A stretch of DNA of 63,749 nt, counting the filler, from Octopus bimaculoides (Eukaryota): assembly GCF_001194135.2 (NCBI RefSeq). It is 7 parts of 6 records of this genome, joined end to end, with 100 filler letters (N's around TTAATTAATTAA, not from the genome) between each part and the next. Parts side by side here need not be neighbours in the genome. Positions count along the whole stretch, not along the records: positions 1 to 18,322 come from NC_068983.1; 6 more parts are not named here. The stretch is one strand, 5' to 3'. A model generated the notes under the pieces. The model was not told the origin of the DNA. It made no database searches and saw nothing but the letters and a program-made list of their open reading frames with translations. Position numbers and translations under genes: made by a program. Of the stretch, positions 1 to 11,624 are shown piece after piece. Position 1 is the first letter of the stretch; each line of letters begins with the position of its first letter.

Positions 1-580
1 AAATGGTGAGTAGTTTTATTTTGGATAAATTATTGAGATAATTTTGAAAAGAACTATCGAAGACTGTGAAAGGAACTATTAAGAACTGTTGAAATAATTG
101 AAATAACGCGGCCGCCCCGGGGTGGGGATGGGGTGGCCGTCCCATCATCATTGTTTAATTTCATTGTTCCATTCTATCATGTGTTAATTGTCCCCGCATG
201 TGTGTATTGTCCCATCTGTGTTTGGCCCCTTGTGGGTAATAAAGAAATTGGTATTTCTTCTGGCCTTGCAGTCTAAGTTCAAATTTTGCCACAGTTGGCT
301 TTTCTTTCATCGTTTTGGGGATCAATAAAATAGGATACTGGTTGATGGAGTTGATGTAATTAACCAGCACTGGAGTTGATGTAATTAACCAGCCCTCTCC
401 CACCAAATTTCAGGCCTTGTGCCTGTAGTAGAAAGAGTTACTCTAAGTGTTGCAACATATAACATTACAGTAATAACAAATGAAAGAAATTTTATTTTAT
501 TAATTTGGAGGAAAAAACACTGAATGATGTATCAATAATCTTGAGAACTATTTTGAAGAAGAAAAATCTGAATAAATTAT

Positions 581-1210
581 ACTCTTTTACTTGTTTCAGT
601 CATTCGACTGTGGCCATGCTGGAGTACTGCCTTTAGTCGAGCAAATTGACCCCAGGACTTATTCTTTGGAAGCCTAGTACTTATTTTATCGGTCTCTTTT
701 GCTGAACTGCTAAGTTACAGGGACGTAAACACACCAGCATCGGTTGTCAAGCGATGTTGGGGGGACAAACACAGACACACAAACATACACACACACACAT
801 ACATATATATGACAGGCTTCTTTCAGTTTCTATCTACCAAATCCACTCACAAGGCTTTGGTTGGCCTGAGGCTATAGTAGAAGACACTTGTTTCTTTATT
901 GCCCACAAGGGGCTAAACATAGAGGGGACAAACAAGGACAGACAAAGGGATTAAATCGATTACATCGACCCCAGTACGTAACTGGTACTTAATTTATCAA
1001 CCCCGAAAGGATGAAAAGCAAAGTTGACCTTGATGGAATTTGAACTCAGAACGTAACGGCAGATGAAATACCACGAAGCATTTCGCCCAGCGTGCTAACG
1101 TTTCTGCCAGCTCGCAGAAGACACTTGCCCAAGGTGCCACACAGTGGGAATGAACCCGGAACCATGCAATTGGCAAGCGAGCTACTTACCACACACCCAC
1201 TCCTGCGCCT
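581..1210 (-). mobile_element. tRNA-headed SINE family A, interrupted by a family B copy
   Basis: Same consensus as 2075-2457 in reverse. Head on the minus strand: aggcgcaggagtgggtgtgtggtaag...ggttccgggttca. Confidence 0.85.
891..1115 (-). mobile_element. SINE family B nested in family A with a 12-bp target-site duplication
   Basis: agaagacacttg at 879-890 and 1116-1127. Head gcgagctggcagaaacgttagc...gagttcaaattcc. Confidence 0.9.
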
Positions 1211-2074
1211 TTAAGTAAAAAATTATAAATATAATTATAAGTAAAAAAAGTAAATTTATTTTTTTAAACAGTTCGGTTTCTTTAGTCTGACAGTCATGTA
1301 ACCAGTTTTTGATACACAGGCAAAGTTCAATTGTCATCTGACATATTTCCTACACTGATTGGTAATTAATATTAGATATTTTAAGAAGTGAAGGTTAGAT
1401 AATGAACTTAACAAATTATCTCTGTTGATTACATGTAACAGAAATGTCTTCCCACTATCAAAAGTGAGAAAGAAAAAAAGACATCTAATGATGCATTTGA
1501 AATGAAGGTTTCAAAGCAGTATCTTATTTTCTGGACTTATAAAATATATGGTTGTTCACATTTATGATGAGCTTCCAAAATGTTTTAACAGAAGAAATTG
1601 ATGGCTATCACTATGGTAAGTTGTTCTTGTAAGATAATGATAATAATTATTGATATAATATTTTCAATAGTTTTATGTTTTTGTTGCATCACCTGGTACA
1701 CCTGTCTTCTGAGGTTTGTATAGAGTAGTTTCAATGCAATGTAGATGTGTGTGAATATACTATATCAGTTCTGCTTTGTTGATTTTTAGAGGTATTTCAG
1801 TGTTTCTTCTGTTTTGCTATTGTGTTGGATATAATTATTACAATTAAGATTGATTGTTGGAAAGGTAAACAAAATTCTTGTTGCATTAATTCATGTTTTT
1901 TTGCACTCAAAGTTAAATACCACTCTGGTCAACTTTGCTTTTTGTTGTTCTTGAATAGATAAAATAAGAACCAATCAAGCATTGGAGTTGATGTAATTGA
2001 CTCTCCCCCTTTCCCACACATGCACATTTGTGACCTTGTGCCTATGTTGCAAATCATTGTCATTATTAATTATT

Positions 2075-2457
2075 AGGCGTAGGAGTGGCTGTGTGGTAAG
2101 TAGCTTGCTTACCAACCACATGGTTCCGGGTTCAGTCTCACTGCGTTGCACCTTGGGCAAGTGTCTTCTACTATAGCCTTGGGCCAACCAAAGCCTTGTG
2201 AGTGGATTTGGTAGACTTGGTAGACTGAAAGAAGCCAGTCGTATATATATATATATGTGTGCGTGTGTTTGTCCCCCCAACATCGCTTGACAACTGATGC
2301 TGGTGTGTATACGTCCCCGTAACTTAGCGGTTCGGCAAAAGAGGCCAATAGAATAAGTACTAGGCTTCCAAAGAATAAGTCCTGGGGTCAATTTGCTCGA
2401 CTAAAGGTGGTGCTCCAGCATGGCTGCAGTCAAATGACTGAAGCAAGTAAAAGAGTA
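2075..2457 (+). mobile_element. SINE family A, full length
   Basis: A/B-box-like head, CORE-like ccttgggcaagtgtctt, internal (TA)n, and 3' end ...aaatgactgaagcaagtaaaagagta. Recurs many times in the window. Confidence 0.9.
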
Positions 2458-2816
2458 AATACAGTAAGCTGACAGAGGTTGGAGAATACTTTTCTGAATA
2501 ACTCTTTCTTTAATTTTTTACTTAAGAAGGGAGCTAGTGCCTATGACTTCTCACAGGGCCTCCAAGACAGTGGGGAAGAAGGAGGAAGCTATTCTCAAAT
2601 TAGAATTTGGCCTGACTGCTTGCAGCAGAATGGATTCCACTAACAGTACACAAGGTGCCTGGTGGTGATACTAAATTGAGCAATGAGCTATGCCCACTAG
2701 CCAAGGAGGCCATGGTAAGATTTTTGAACTCAGAACATGCAACACCTTTAACAAATGTCTTCTACTATTAAGGCCTTGTGAGTGGATTTGGTAGAGGGAA
2801 TCTGAAAGAAGCTCAT

Positions 2817-2847
<31 letters not shown>

Positions 2848-3521
2848 AAGAGAGAGAGAAGAGCAATCTGTGTATCATACTTAAAGCAGATACACCATTT
2901 AAAACCTGATAAACTCCAGTATTCGTTTCAAGGAAGTATCTTTTATAAATGTATACTGTTGAAAAAACACAAATATATCAGTAGCAAATATGTATTCCTG
3001 CCTCTGATTTTTGTCAGTAGCAAGTAGCAACTAGCAACCACATGCTGAAACAAAATCACCCACTACTGATATAATAAATGAGTAATTAACAAAATCACTG
3101 ATGTTGCAATTAGCTAGCAGGCTGAATAACATTCGTTATACACAATAGAAGCATTAATAGTTCAAAATAGAGCAATCGGTGTATCATTCTTATACATCAT
3201 TGAAAGCCTAGTAAATTGTGGTATTCTTTTTCAAGATAGCATCTCTTATAGAAATATAGGGTTAAAAAACACAGAAGTATGTCACTAGCAGACAAAAATC
3301 GTCCAAATAGTAAACATATGTATTGATATCTAGTTCTCCCAGAACAGTAGAACTAGATCTTAATACACGAGTATGCATATATTATTTTGATTGACCGAAA
3401 AGTTACAAAACTGACTGAAGAACTGAGTTTCATGCTACACACACACACAAACACATGGAAACTCATTTACCTGCAATATATGTTAAAAGTACAGAAGAAA
3501 AGTAATCAAAATTATATTTCG

Positions 3522-4123
3522 GTTAACATGTGTCGTCGTAAAATAGAGTAAGTAAATTGTCCTTAAAAAAAAATTAAAGTATATTGTCATAGCAACCAAA
3601 AATGGTGACTGACACCCAAATATTTCATAAAACATGTTTGATATTAAATGGGTGAGCTTCCTATGTGGGTCTTAGCAACTTCTATGTTCATAAATCTGTT
3701 TAACATTCACTCAATTTTGTTGATTCAAACAATGACAACATCCATACACAAACTTTAGAACGGCGATGGGTGCTTGCCAAGAATTTAGACAAGCGTGTGG
3801 GATTAGTAACAATTCATTTATATCATATCTTCATGAGCATGTATGGCGAAACAAATTTCAAGATCGTAGAAACCTATTCACGAATCTCATTTCATCCATC
3901 AATGACTTGTGTTTCTTAGTAATGTGATCGTTTTCATCTTATATAAAATATATGCATGGTTTTAATGTTAGATTAAATATATGTACGCTTATGCATGAGA
4001 TACAGTGTTTATTTGAAATTACGGAATGATATTGTCGTCACTTCTGGTTTCTATCGAAATATGCTTTTATTTCTTCAGGACAATTTACTTTTATTATTTT
4101 ACGACGCTAAACTGCATGTTAAC
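3522..4123. repeat. diverged inverted repeat, arms about 110-120 bp (3522-3632 and about 4005-4123)
   Basis: The reverse complement of gttaacatgtgtcgtcgtaaaatagagtaagtaaattgtcct aligns with aggacaatttacttttattattttacgacgctaaactgcatgttaac. Similarity continues inward. Confidence 0.75.
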
Positions 4124-6102
4124 ATGTTGGTGATTGTAGTTTTTCATTACTATGTGGTCCCTTCCGTTTTGTATCGGACGGAGGTTGTTTGTTTAGGTAC
4201 ACATTCGTCAACTTCACCCAATAATGAAAATATTATTATATATGTGAAAAAAAAAATTATATTTAGACTCTTGTATTTATGTACCTCATCCCATTTGATT
4301 GAAAAAATTGAGAAAACTTTTTAGACAACTGAAAAGAAATCCGAAAGAACGTTTTAGTAAGATGTGAAATACTGTTACTTTAATTTTTGGGGGAATGAAA
4401 TATTATACCAATACTTTATTCGGGTATTATATAATAGAATCGAAATACACTATTTTTCGATTTTTTTACACGAGCATAAAACAAATATATAAAGCTCGAT
4501 CGAATTGATCATCATTTTTATTACTTTTTAGTATCATTTCCGAGGGATGACAAGCGAAGTTGCGCCATCATCACTGACTTAAAAATGCTAAGGGACGCAA
4601 CTTATCGGAAAGCATTTTGTCCGGCTCCCTAACAAGTCTGTTCCTTCAAACTAATTTTGAGTTTATAACTTCCAGAGATGACATGTAGATCTATGAGGCC
4701 ATCGATGGAGCTTTTACGTGGTTAATCGACCTGCTATAAACAACAGCCAAATCTCCCTCAACTCCCACTCTACTGCCTTGAAAATGGTAGGATATCGAAC
4801 ATAATGTATTCCTACTGTTAAGACCAAATGGTCATAGCTAGAGCGCTTTTGGTTAAAGGTCTGCTAAAGAAGAGTTGACTTGCGCTAAACGACATCACAG
4901 AGATCAAATAACCAAAAGATCGGCCAGCTATTGTTATGACTAAAACCTCTGCTTTTGTTTAAATTTGTCTAGTGGAAGCCTCTCCTCCCACAATTCACAC
5001 AACTATACAGTAGGAAAACGGTACAAAGAAATACAGCTAATAAGCAAAATGAGAAGTGTGTGCACTCCTTCAATTATACACTGTACCAGGAAACACTAGT
5101 GTTACCATGTAAACATTTTTGAGACGACTCAAAACAGCATTACAGCAGGTGACTGAGGTTGAGGTACTGGGGCAGCACAGCGCCCCCAGGACGCTAAAGT
5201 CAAAAACATCTAAAATGCTACCAGTTGAAATTTTTCAATTCTTAACAGTATTTCAGTGTCTTATTCTGTTCAGCTACGGAAATAGTAACCCTCTACTCTC
5301 GCACGCACCACCACCATCCCTTCACTGCAGTATTAAAGATATGCACTGATGCAAAAGAGTCGCTGACAGTGACATTCCATATTTCCAGTCTTCCATGAAA
5401 AACAAGTCTGGCTATGGAAAAATGTTACCTTGCTTGGAAACAGGTGAGGGTTGGCCACAGGAAGGGCATACTGTGTAGAAAATATGCTTTAACAAATTGT
5501 CATGAAAAAATAGATGTTGCATGAATAATGATATCATCATCATCATCTTCATTTAATGTCCATCTTTCATGCTGGTATGAGTTGGACAGTTTGACAAGAC
5601 CTGGTGAGCTGCAGTGCTATATTGTGCTCCATATCAGCTTGATAGGGTTTCCATGGCTGGATGTTCCTCCTAACACCAACAACTTTTTTACAGTAGGGTG
5701 CTTTTTTTTTTTAACATGTTTATACATGTATATATATAAACATATAAATATTTATCTATTACTTGTTTCAGTCATTGGACTGTGGCTATGCTGGGGCACC
5801 ACCTTCTATTATACATACACATATATATAAAACAAAGTTATTTTATTCCACACAGGTAGAAATATGCTACTCCAAGTTGAGGGGACTTTGTCTTGTCTTA
5901 CTAGTTACTCAGTGACCCTGTGCTGGTACTACAAAAATAGTACCCAGTACACTTTGTAAAGTGATTGGCATTGGGAAGAGCATCAAGCCATAGAAATCAG
6001 GCCAAAACAGACAATAGAGCTTGGTACAGCCCTCCAACTAGCTAACTCTTGCCAAACTGTTCAACCTATGCCAGCATGAAGAATGGCTGTTAAATGTATG
6101 TA

Positions 6103-6147
<45 letters not shown>

Positions 6148-6152
<5 letters not shown>

Positions 6153-7566
6153 CTTCCCAGGCAAAGAATGTACTGCTCAACATAGACTAGTAGTTAGTGA
6201 CTTCAGGATCAGGGCTAAATGGATGCCTAGAAGACGACCAGCATGGAGAGGAAGGGTCTGGAAGCTTAAAGATCCTGCGAATGGACAGAGATTTAGAGAC
6301 GTATTACTCGAAGCCTTTGACGAAATAGAAGGGGTTATAGCATCACATGATGTGGAACACAATTGGAGGTTTCTACGGGACAACCTGCTGAGAGCCACTG
6401 ACCAGATCTGTGGATGGTGCAAAGTCCCCTCTCGACCCAAGGTAACATGGTGGTGAAATAATGTGGTTGACAGGGCTATTAGAGAAAAGAAACAGGCTTG
6501 GAAGAACAGTGGTAGCAGGGAATTGTATCAGACTGCCAGAATGGAAGCTAGGAGACAGATTTATTTAGCCAGAGGGGAAGCAGATAAGAAAAAAATTGCC
6601 AATGTTCTGCACTGTGAGGACCAAAGACTTGAGGTATTTCGTGTTGCAAGACAGTGTGTGAGAGAGGATCGTGATGTCGTAGGAGAGAAATGTGTCCCCA
6701 TGGATGATAGTTCACTTGCACTAAACAAAGCTGCAAAGAGAGAGGTTTGGAGACGCCACTATGAAAGATTGCTCAATAAAGAAAATGAATAGGAGAAAGA
6801 GAGTCTGCAGAATGTCGACCCAACAGAGGGACCAGCTATCCGAGTACCTTGGTAGATAAAGCAATTAAGAGTATGAAGACAGGAAAAGCCCCCAGCCCAT
6901 CAGGAATCACCACAGAGATGCTCAAAATATCTGGTGGTGTCAGCTATAGCCTAGTCAACCGTATAGTTAACCAGGTGATATATGAAGGAGTCATACCCAA
7001 TGACTAGTGTAGCAGCACCATAGTCAACTGCTACAAAAGTAAAGGTGACGCTTTCGATACAAATAATTACAGAGATATCAAGTTGTTGGATCAGGTAATG
7101 AAGGTCATGGAGAGGGTCATAGCCCAACTTTGACAAGGTCCCCTTATCCCTTATCTGGTGGTCAATGAGGAAACTAGGGATAAAAGAATGGTTAGTGAGA
7201 GCTGTGCAAGCCATGTACAGGGATGCTGTCAGTAAGGTGAGCATTGGCAACAAGTACAGGCAATAACACAGGAATTCAGGACAGGATGCCCCTGGGAGCT
7301 CCTCTATGCTGATGACCTTGCTCTAATTGTTGAGTCACTATCAGAACTAGAGGAGAAGTTTTGGGTGTGGAAGCAAAGATTAGAATCGAAGAGCCTTAGA
7401 GTCAACCTAGCTAAAACCAAAGTCCTAATAAGTAGGAAGGTAGAAAAAACACAAACCCCTTCAGGTAGATGGCCCTGCTCAATCTGTAGAAAAGGCGTAG
7501 GTAGAAACTCTATAAGATGTACCCAGTGCAAGCTATGGACACATAAGAGGTGCAGCAATATCAAAG
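6148..7566 (+). mobile_element. decayed RTE-clade LINE (end of endonuclease, RT, Cys-rich insert)
   Basis: Fragments KTFPGKECTAQHRLVVSDFRI, YRDIKLLDQVMKVMERVIAQL, GCPWELLYADDLAL and RWPCSICRKGVGRNSIRCTQCKLWTHKRC. Stops, frameshifts and internal deletions present. Confidence 0.9.
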
Positions 7567-7574
7567 GCAATGAC

Positions 7575-8295
7575 TAGTGACCGAGGCCTTTGGAAATATG
7601 CTGTGTGCGAGAAGACCCGGCAAGACAAGTGAGACCATAACCCATGGCCTTTACCAGGGGTGTGGCCAGCCCACTTATATGTACCTTTCCTTCTTTGGAC
7701 ACTAAATTCTGCTTGCGAAGACCTGTTGAGGTATGTGAAATCGAAATTCAACGAAATTCAACGACTGGCACCCATGCCAACCTTCCTTCATTGGACACTA
7801 AACTTAGCTTGCGAAGACCTGTTGGGGCAAGTGAGATCGAAATTGAATCAAATTTAATGACTGGCACCTGTGCCAGTGGTGCGCTAACAGCACCATGCGT
7901 GCGGGATCGTTGCCAGAGCATCTGTCTGGCACATAAAAAACACCATTTGAGCGTGATCGCTACCAGTGTTGCCTTACTAGCACGTGAACAAAACATTCAA
8001 GCAGAGTTGTTGCCAGTGCCGCTGGACTGACTCCTGTGCAGGTGGCATGTCAAAAATGCCATTTGAGTATGGCTGTTGCCAGTACCACCTGACTGGGCCT
8101 CGTGCCGGTGGCATGTAAAAGCACCCAGTACACCCTCGGAGTGGTTGGCGTTAGGAAGGGCATCAAGCTGTAGAAACACTGTCAAATCAGATTGGAGCCT
8201 GGTGCAGCCATCTGGTTCGCCAGTCCTCAGTCAAATCATCCAACCTATGCTAGCATGGAAAGCAGGCGTTAAACGATGATGATGACGGTGATGAT
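7575..8295 (+). mobile_element. modular non-autonomous element family C with (TGA)n tail
   Basis: Internal duplication of about 85 bp. Conserved tggttggcgttaggaagggcatc block and 3' end gctagcatggaaagc...gttaaacgatgatgat. Recurs at 5900-6095, 11625-11785, 14960-15240, 32120-32535, 39200-39470, 41160-41560 and 41998-42138. Confidence 0.8.
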
Positions 8296-8608
8296 GAAAG
8301 CAAGGAAAAGAAGTCAAAACTATGATGATGATGATTTCTCCACAATTCATAATATAAGTACCATTTATATACTGGGTAGATTCAATGAACTATAGCCTTC
8401 CTTTGTAAGTTTGTGGCTTTGTGTTAACGTGAGAATGTCAATTTGGGTGTCAGTAAACGTGATAAAAGTGTAGATTGGATTTGAACCTAACCATTTAAAT
8501 ATGCAACTAACTTTAGGAGTACAAAAGAAAATGAAAATATATATTTTCTAATGGATAGTGGGTATAAATAATTAATCAAAGGAAAATATAAATGATAAAA
8601 ACACTTAC

Positions 8609-8721
8609 CACATAAACTGTCCCAAAGAAACCAAAACGAGCAGTTCTGATTATACTGTAATTTTTTCCTTTGCGTTCAACAAAAGTTTGGGATATAAAAT
8701 CTCCAAGGCTCATTAATGTAG
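8609..8721 (-). CDS. Mpv17: Mpv17 second coding exon (113 nt, ATLMSLGDFISQTFVERKGKNYSIIRTARFGFFGTVYV)
   Basis: tttttatcAG acceptor and GTaagt donor. Splices in frame with the 73-nt exon (total 186 nt). Matches MPV17 SLMGLGDIISQQLVE...RT, and the c.186 boundary matches the human exon end as recalled. Confidence 0.93.
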
Positions 8722-8829
8722 CTGATAAAAAGAAGATCGTACACATACATATATATTTTCTATAATATTATTCTGCTTGAATACAATATTTGATTCCTCT
8801 TATACCCAGTTTTTCCCTCAGCATATTTG

Positions 8830-11190
8830 TACTATGCCATACATTGCACACCCGCAGGGCGTACTCAATTCATTTCTTTCCTGTTTTCTCAAATCCTCAG
8901 TATTGAAGGTCCATGTCTCACTACCATGCAACATTGCAGTTCTAACACAAGCAACATATAATCTGTCCTTCATTCTAAGAGAAAAGACCTTTGTTGCCAG
9001 TAGCAGTACAAACTCCTTGAACATTTTTTTCAATCTGTTCTTATTTTACAGTTCTACATTTAAGAGATGAGGAATTATGTACATCATTTACAATTGACGG
9101 ATATTTGTCCTCATCTTGTTTGTTGTTAATACAACGTTTCGACTGATATACCCTCCAGCCTTCATCAGATGTCTTGGGGAAATTTCGAACCTGGGATCTC
9201 ATTCCTAAGGTATTTTTCGATGTTATTATTATTATTATTATTATTATTCAGGTCACTGCCTGGAATCGAACTTGGAATCTTGGGGTTAGTAGCCACTGGC
9301 ATATGGTGTAGTAGTTAAGAGCACAGGCTACTAACCCCAAGATTCCGAATTCGATTCCAGGCAGTGACCTGAATAATAATAATAATAATAACAACATCGA
9401 AAAATACCTTAAGAATGAGAACCCAGGTTCGAAATTTCCCCAAGACACCTGATGAAGGCTGGAGGGTATATCAGCCGAAATATTGTATTAAAAACAAACA
9501 AGATGAGGACAAATATCCGTCAATTGTAAATAATGTACTGTTCTTACTTTGGCCATTATACTTTGAGAACAACCACTTCCCTTGTTAGTTACATCTCTTA
9601 AGTAACAAAAGCTATCAACTACATCTTGTGAGGCATCTAGGCATTTAGCAGTATCTATTTCTGGTGTGCTCATAGTATGTATTTTTCCAGGGTATCTGTC
9701 ACATACAAAACTTACTTTCTCCATTAATTCCACTACAATTCTAGTGTATCCATAGCTTATATTGGGATACTATATGGAGTTTACACCTACTCCTTTCCTT
9801 CCTTTCTTTGAAGATATCAGGCTTCTATCTTCTTTTCTATTTATTAAAACCTTGAGGCCTCTCAATTTTTTTGTTTAGTATCCATACCTGGAATTTTCAA
9901 TCTCCCTTATAGATTCAGCTACGGGAACTAGATCATCAGCATATAGGAGCTCTCATTGGTATCCATCTTCAAACTCCTCTGTGATGGCTTGTAGGAATAT
10001 GATGAAGAGGAGGGACTGAGGACTGAAATTTGACGGAACCCTATCTTTACACTAAAATCATCATTGAAATCCTTGTCAACTCTGATTTTACTTACAGTAT
10101 CTTTGTACATAGCTTGTACAGCCTTCACAAGTCATCCATCTACACTTAGTTTCTACAGTGACTACCAAATTACTGAATGTACCTCTCAAATCAACAAAAG
10201 CCAGGAATAGAGGTTTATTTTTAGCCAAGTTTCTCCTGCAGTTGCCTCACTAGGAAGTTTGCATCTTTGGAATCTCTTTTGGGCAAGAAATCAGCTCATC
10301 TTGATCTACAATGTCATGAATCAATTGTGCTATGACCTTTATAACCAGATCTAATAATTTGATGTCTCTTTAGTTACTTCTCTTTAATGCATATCCTTTG
10401 CCATTAAACATTTTACAATGACACTGCTAAGCTAGTCATTGGGTATGACACCTTTCTGTATAAGTTTATTAACTATTCAGATGATGATCATTGGTCCTAC
10501 ATCAGCAACTATTTTGAGCATCTTTAAAACTATCTCTGTGAGCTTGCAGCTTTCTTGCTTTTCATGTCTTAAATTGCTTTATCTACCAAGCTGCTTTTGA
10601 CTTGAATTGCTGGTCTCTCTGTGGTGTCAGAATGAAGTAAGCTCTCTTTACCCCATAAATTCTCCATATTCACCAGCCTTGCATAATAGCATTTCCATGC
10701 TACGTTTTTGTCTTACATAACTATGGTGAATATATCTTTATCGTTCTGAATACATTTCTCTCATATACTGTTTTGCAATCCTCAACACATCATGTCTTTC
10801 AATCTCATGTTGTAAGACATTCTAATTTCTTCCTTTCTGCCTCATCCATAACCAAATATATGCAGTTGTCTAGCTGCTCTTCTAGCCACTGTGTTAATAC
10901 TCAACTGAATGACAGATGAGATACTGACTCTCACCAATATGCCATCCTACCATGTTTGGTACCCATTTCAAAGAACTGATGTGGCAACAGCATCCTGAGT
11001 ATCTGTGTCTAAGAATAAAGAAAATAGCTGGTGTTGCTTCTACATCATTAACACCTCATGACCTGAGCTGATCAATAAAGGCCTAACATCTGGAAGCCCC
11101 TTGAATTTGTCTTAAGTCTCTCACTCTTCTCCTGATACCTAATGAGATGGATGTGTTCTATCTCTATGACTGCACTATTATACTGCTGTA
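8830..11190 (-). mobile_element. heavily decayed RTE-clade LINE in Mpv17 intron 1, interrupted by the PLE pair
   Basis: Minus-strand fragments RLYVACVRTAMLHGSETW, VVDSFCYL, SYMLMI (ELLYADD region) and MKAVQAMYKDTVSKIRV. Collinear with the other RTE copies. Confidence 0.85.
9048..9537. mobile_element. head-to-head inverted pair of PLE terminal repeats (minus 9048-9294, plus 9297-9537) inserted into an RTE in Mpv17 intron 1
   Basis: Same family as 52612-52895. Hammerhead motifs at 9128-9173 (-) and 9444-9489 (+). Flanked by near-duplicate ctgttcttatttt / ctgttcttacttt of the RTE target. Confidence 0.8.
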
Positions 11191-11624
11191 ATTAAATGTG
11201 AGTATACTTCAGCTTTTCCCTGATGCCACTTACACCTCTTACTACATGGATATCTTTCATTCTTAATTCCGTCCTCTCCACTCACATTTTACATTGATCA
11301 CCCCTCTAAGCCACCAAATTATATCTCCTCCACCGCTTCAATACATCTGTCCCACATCCTTACAACTTATTCAACCATATTTCATCTACCTTTTGCTCAG
11401 CTTCTCTCTTTCTACCCGAGTCTGTTGTATCATCATTAAAATTCTGTGGCTGTTTACCATCTTACCCGCTTTTCATCTCCTGTCACTTACCCCTACTCAT
11501 GTTTCATTGGTCACCCCTCCACCACCCTACCCAATTTCTACAGTTGTCACCTACTTTTATCTCTCCCCTACTTATCATCCTTCAAAATATGTTCCTTATA
11601 ACATTCACCTTGTCACCCATTCTC

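Noticed and set aside
1638-1711. Box C/D snoRNA candidate (ATGATAA...CTGA)
   Set aside because: Imperfect C box, no terminal stem, low-complexity interior, and no rRNA complement that I could recognise.
3172-3212. SECIS or box C/D-like AUGA...GA motif on the minus strand
   Set aside because: The helix above the core is only about 6 bp, and the paralogous copy does not keep AUGA.
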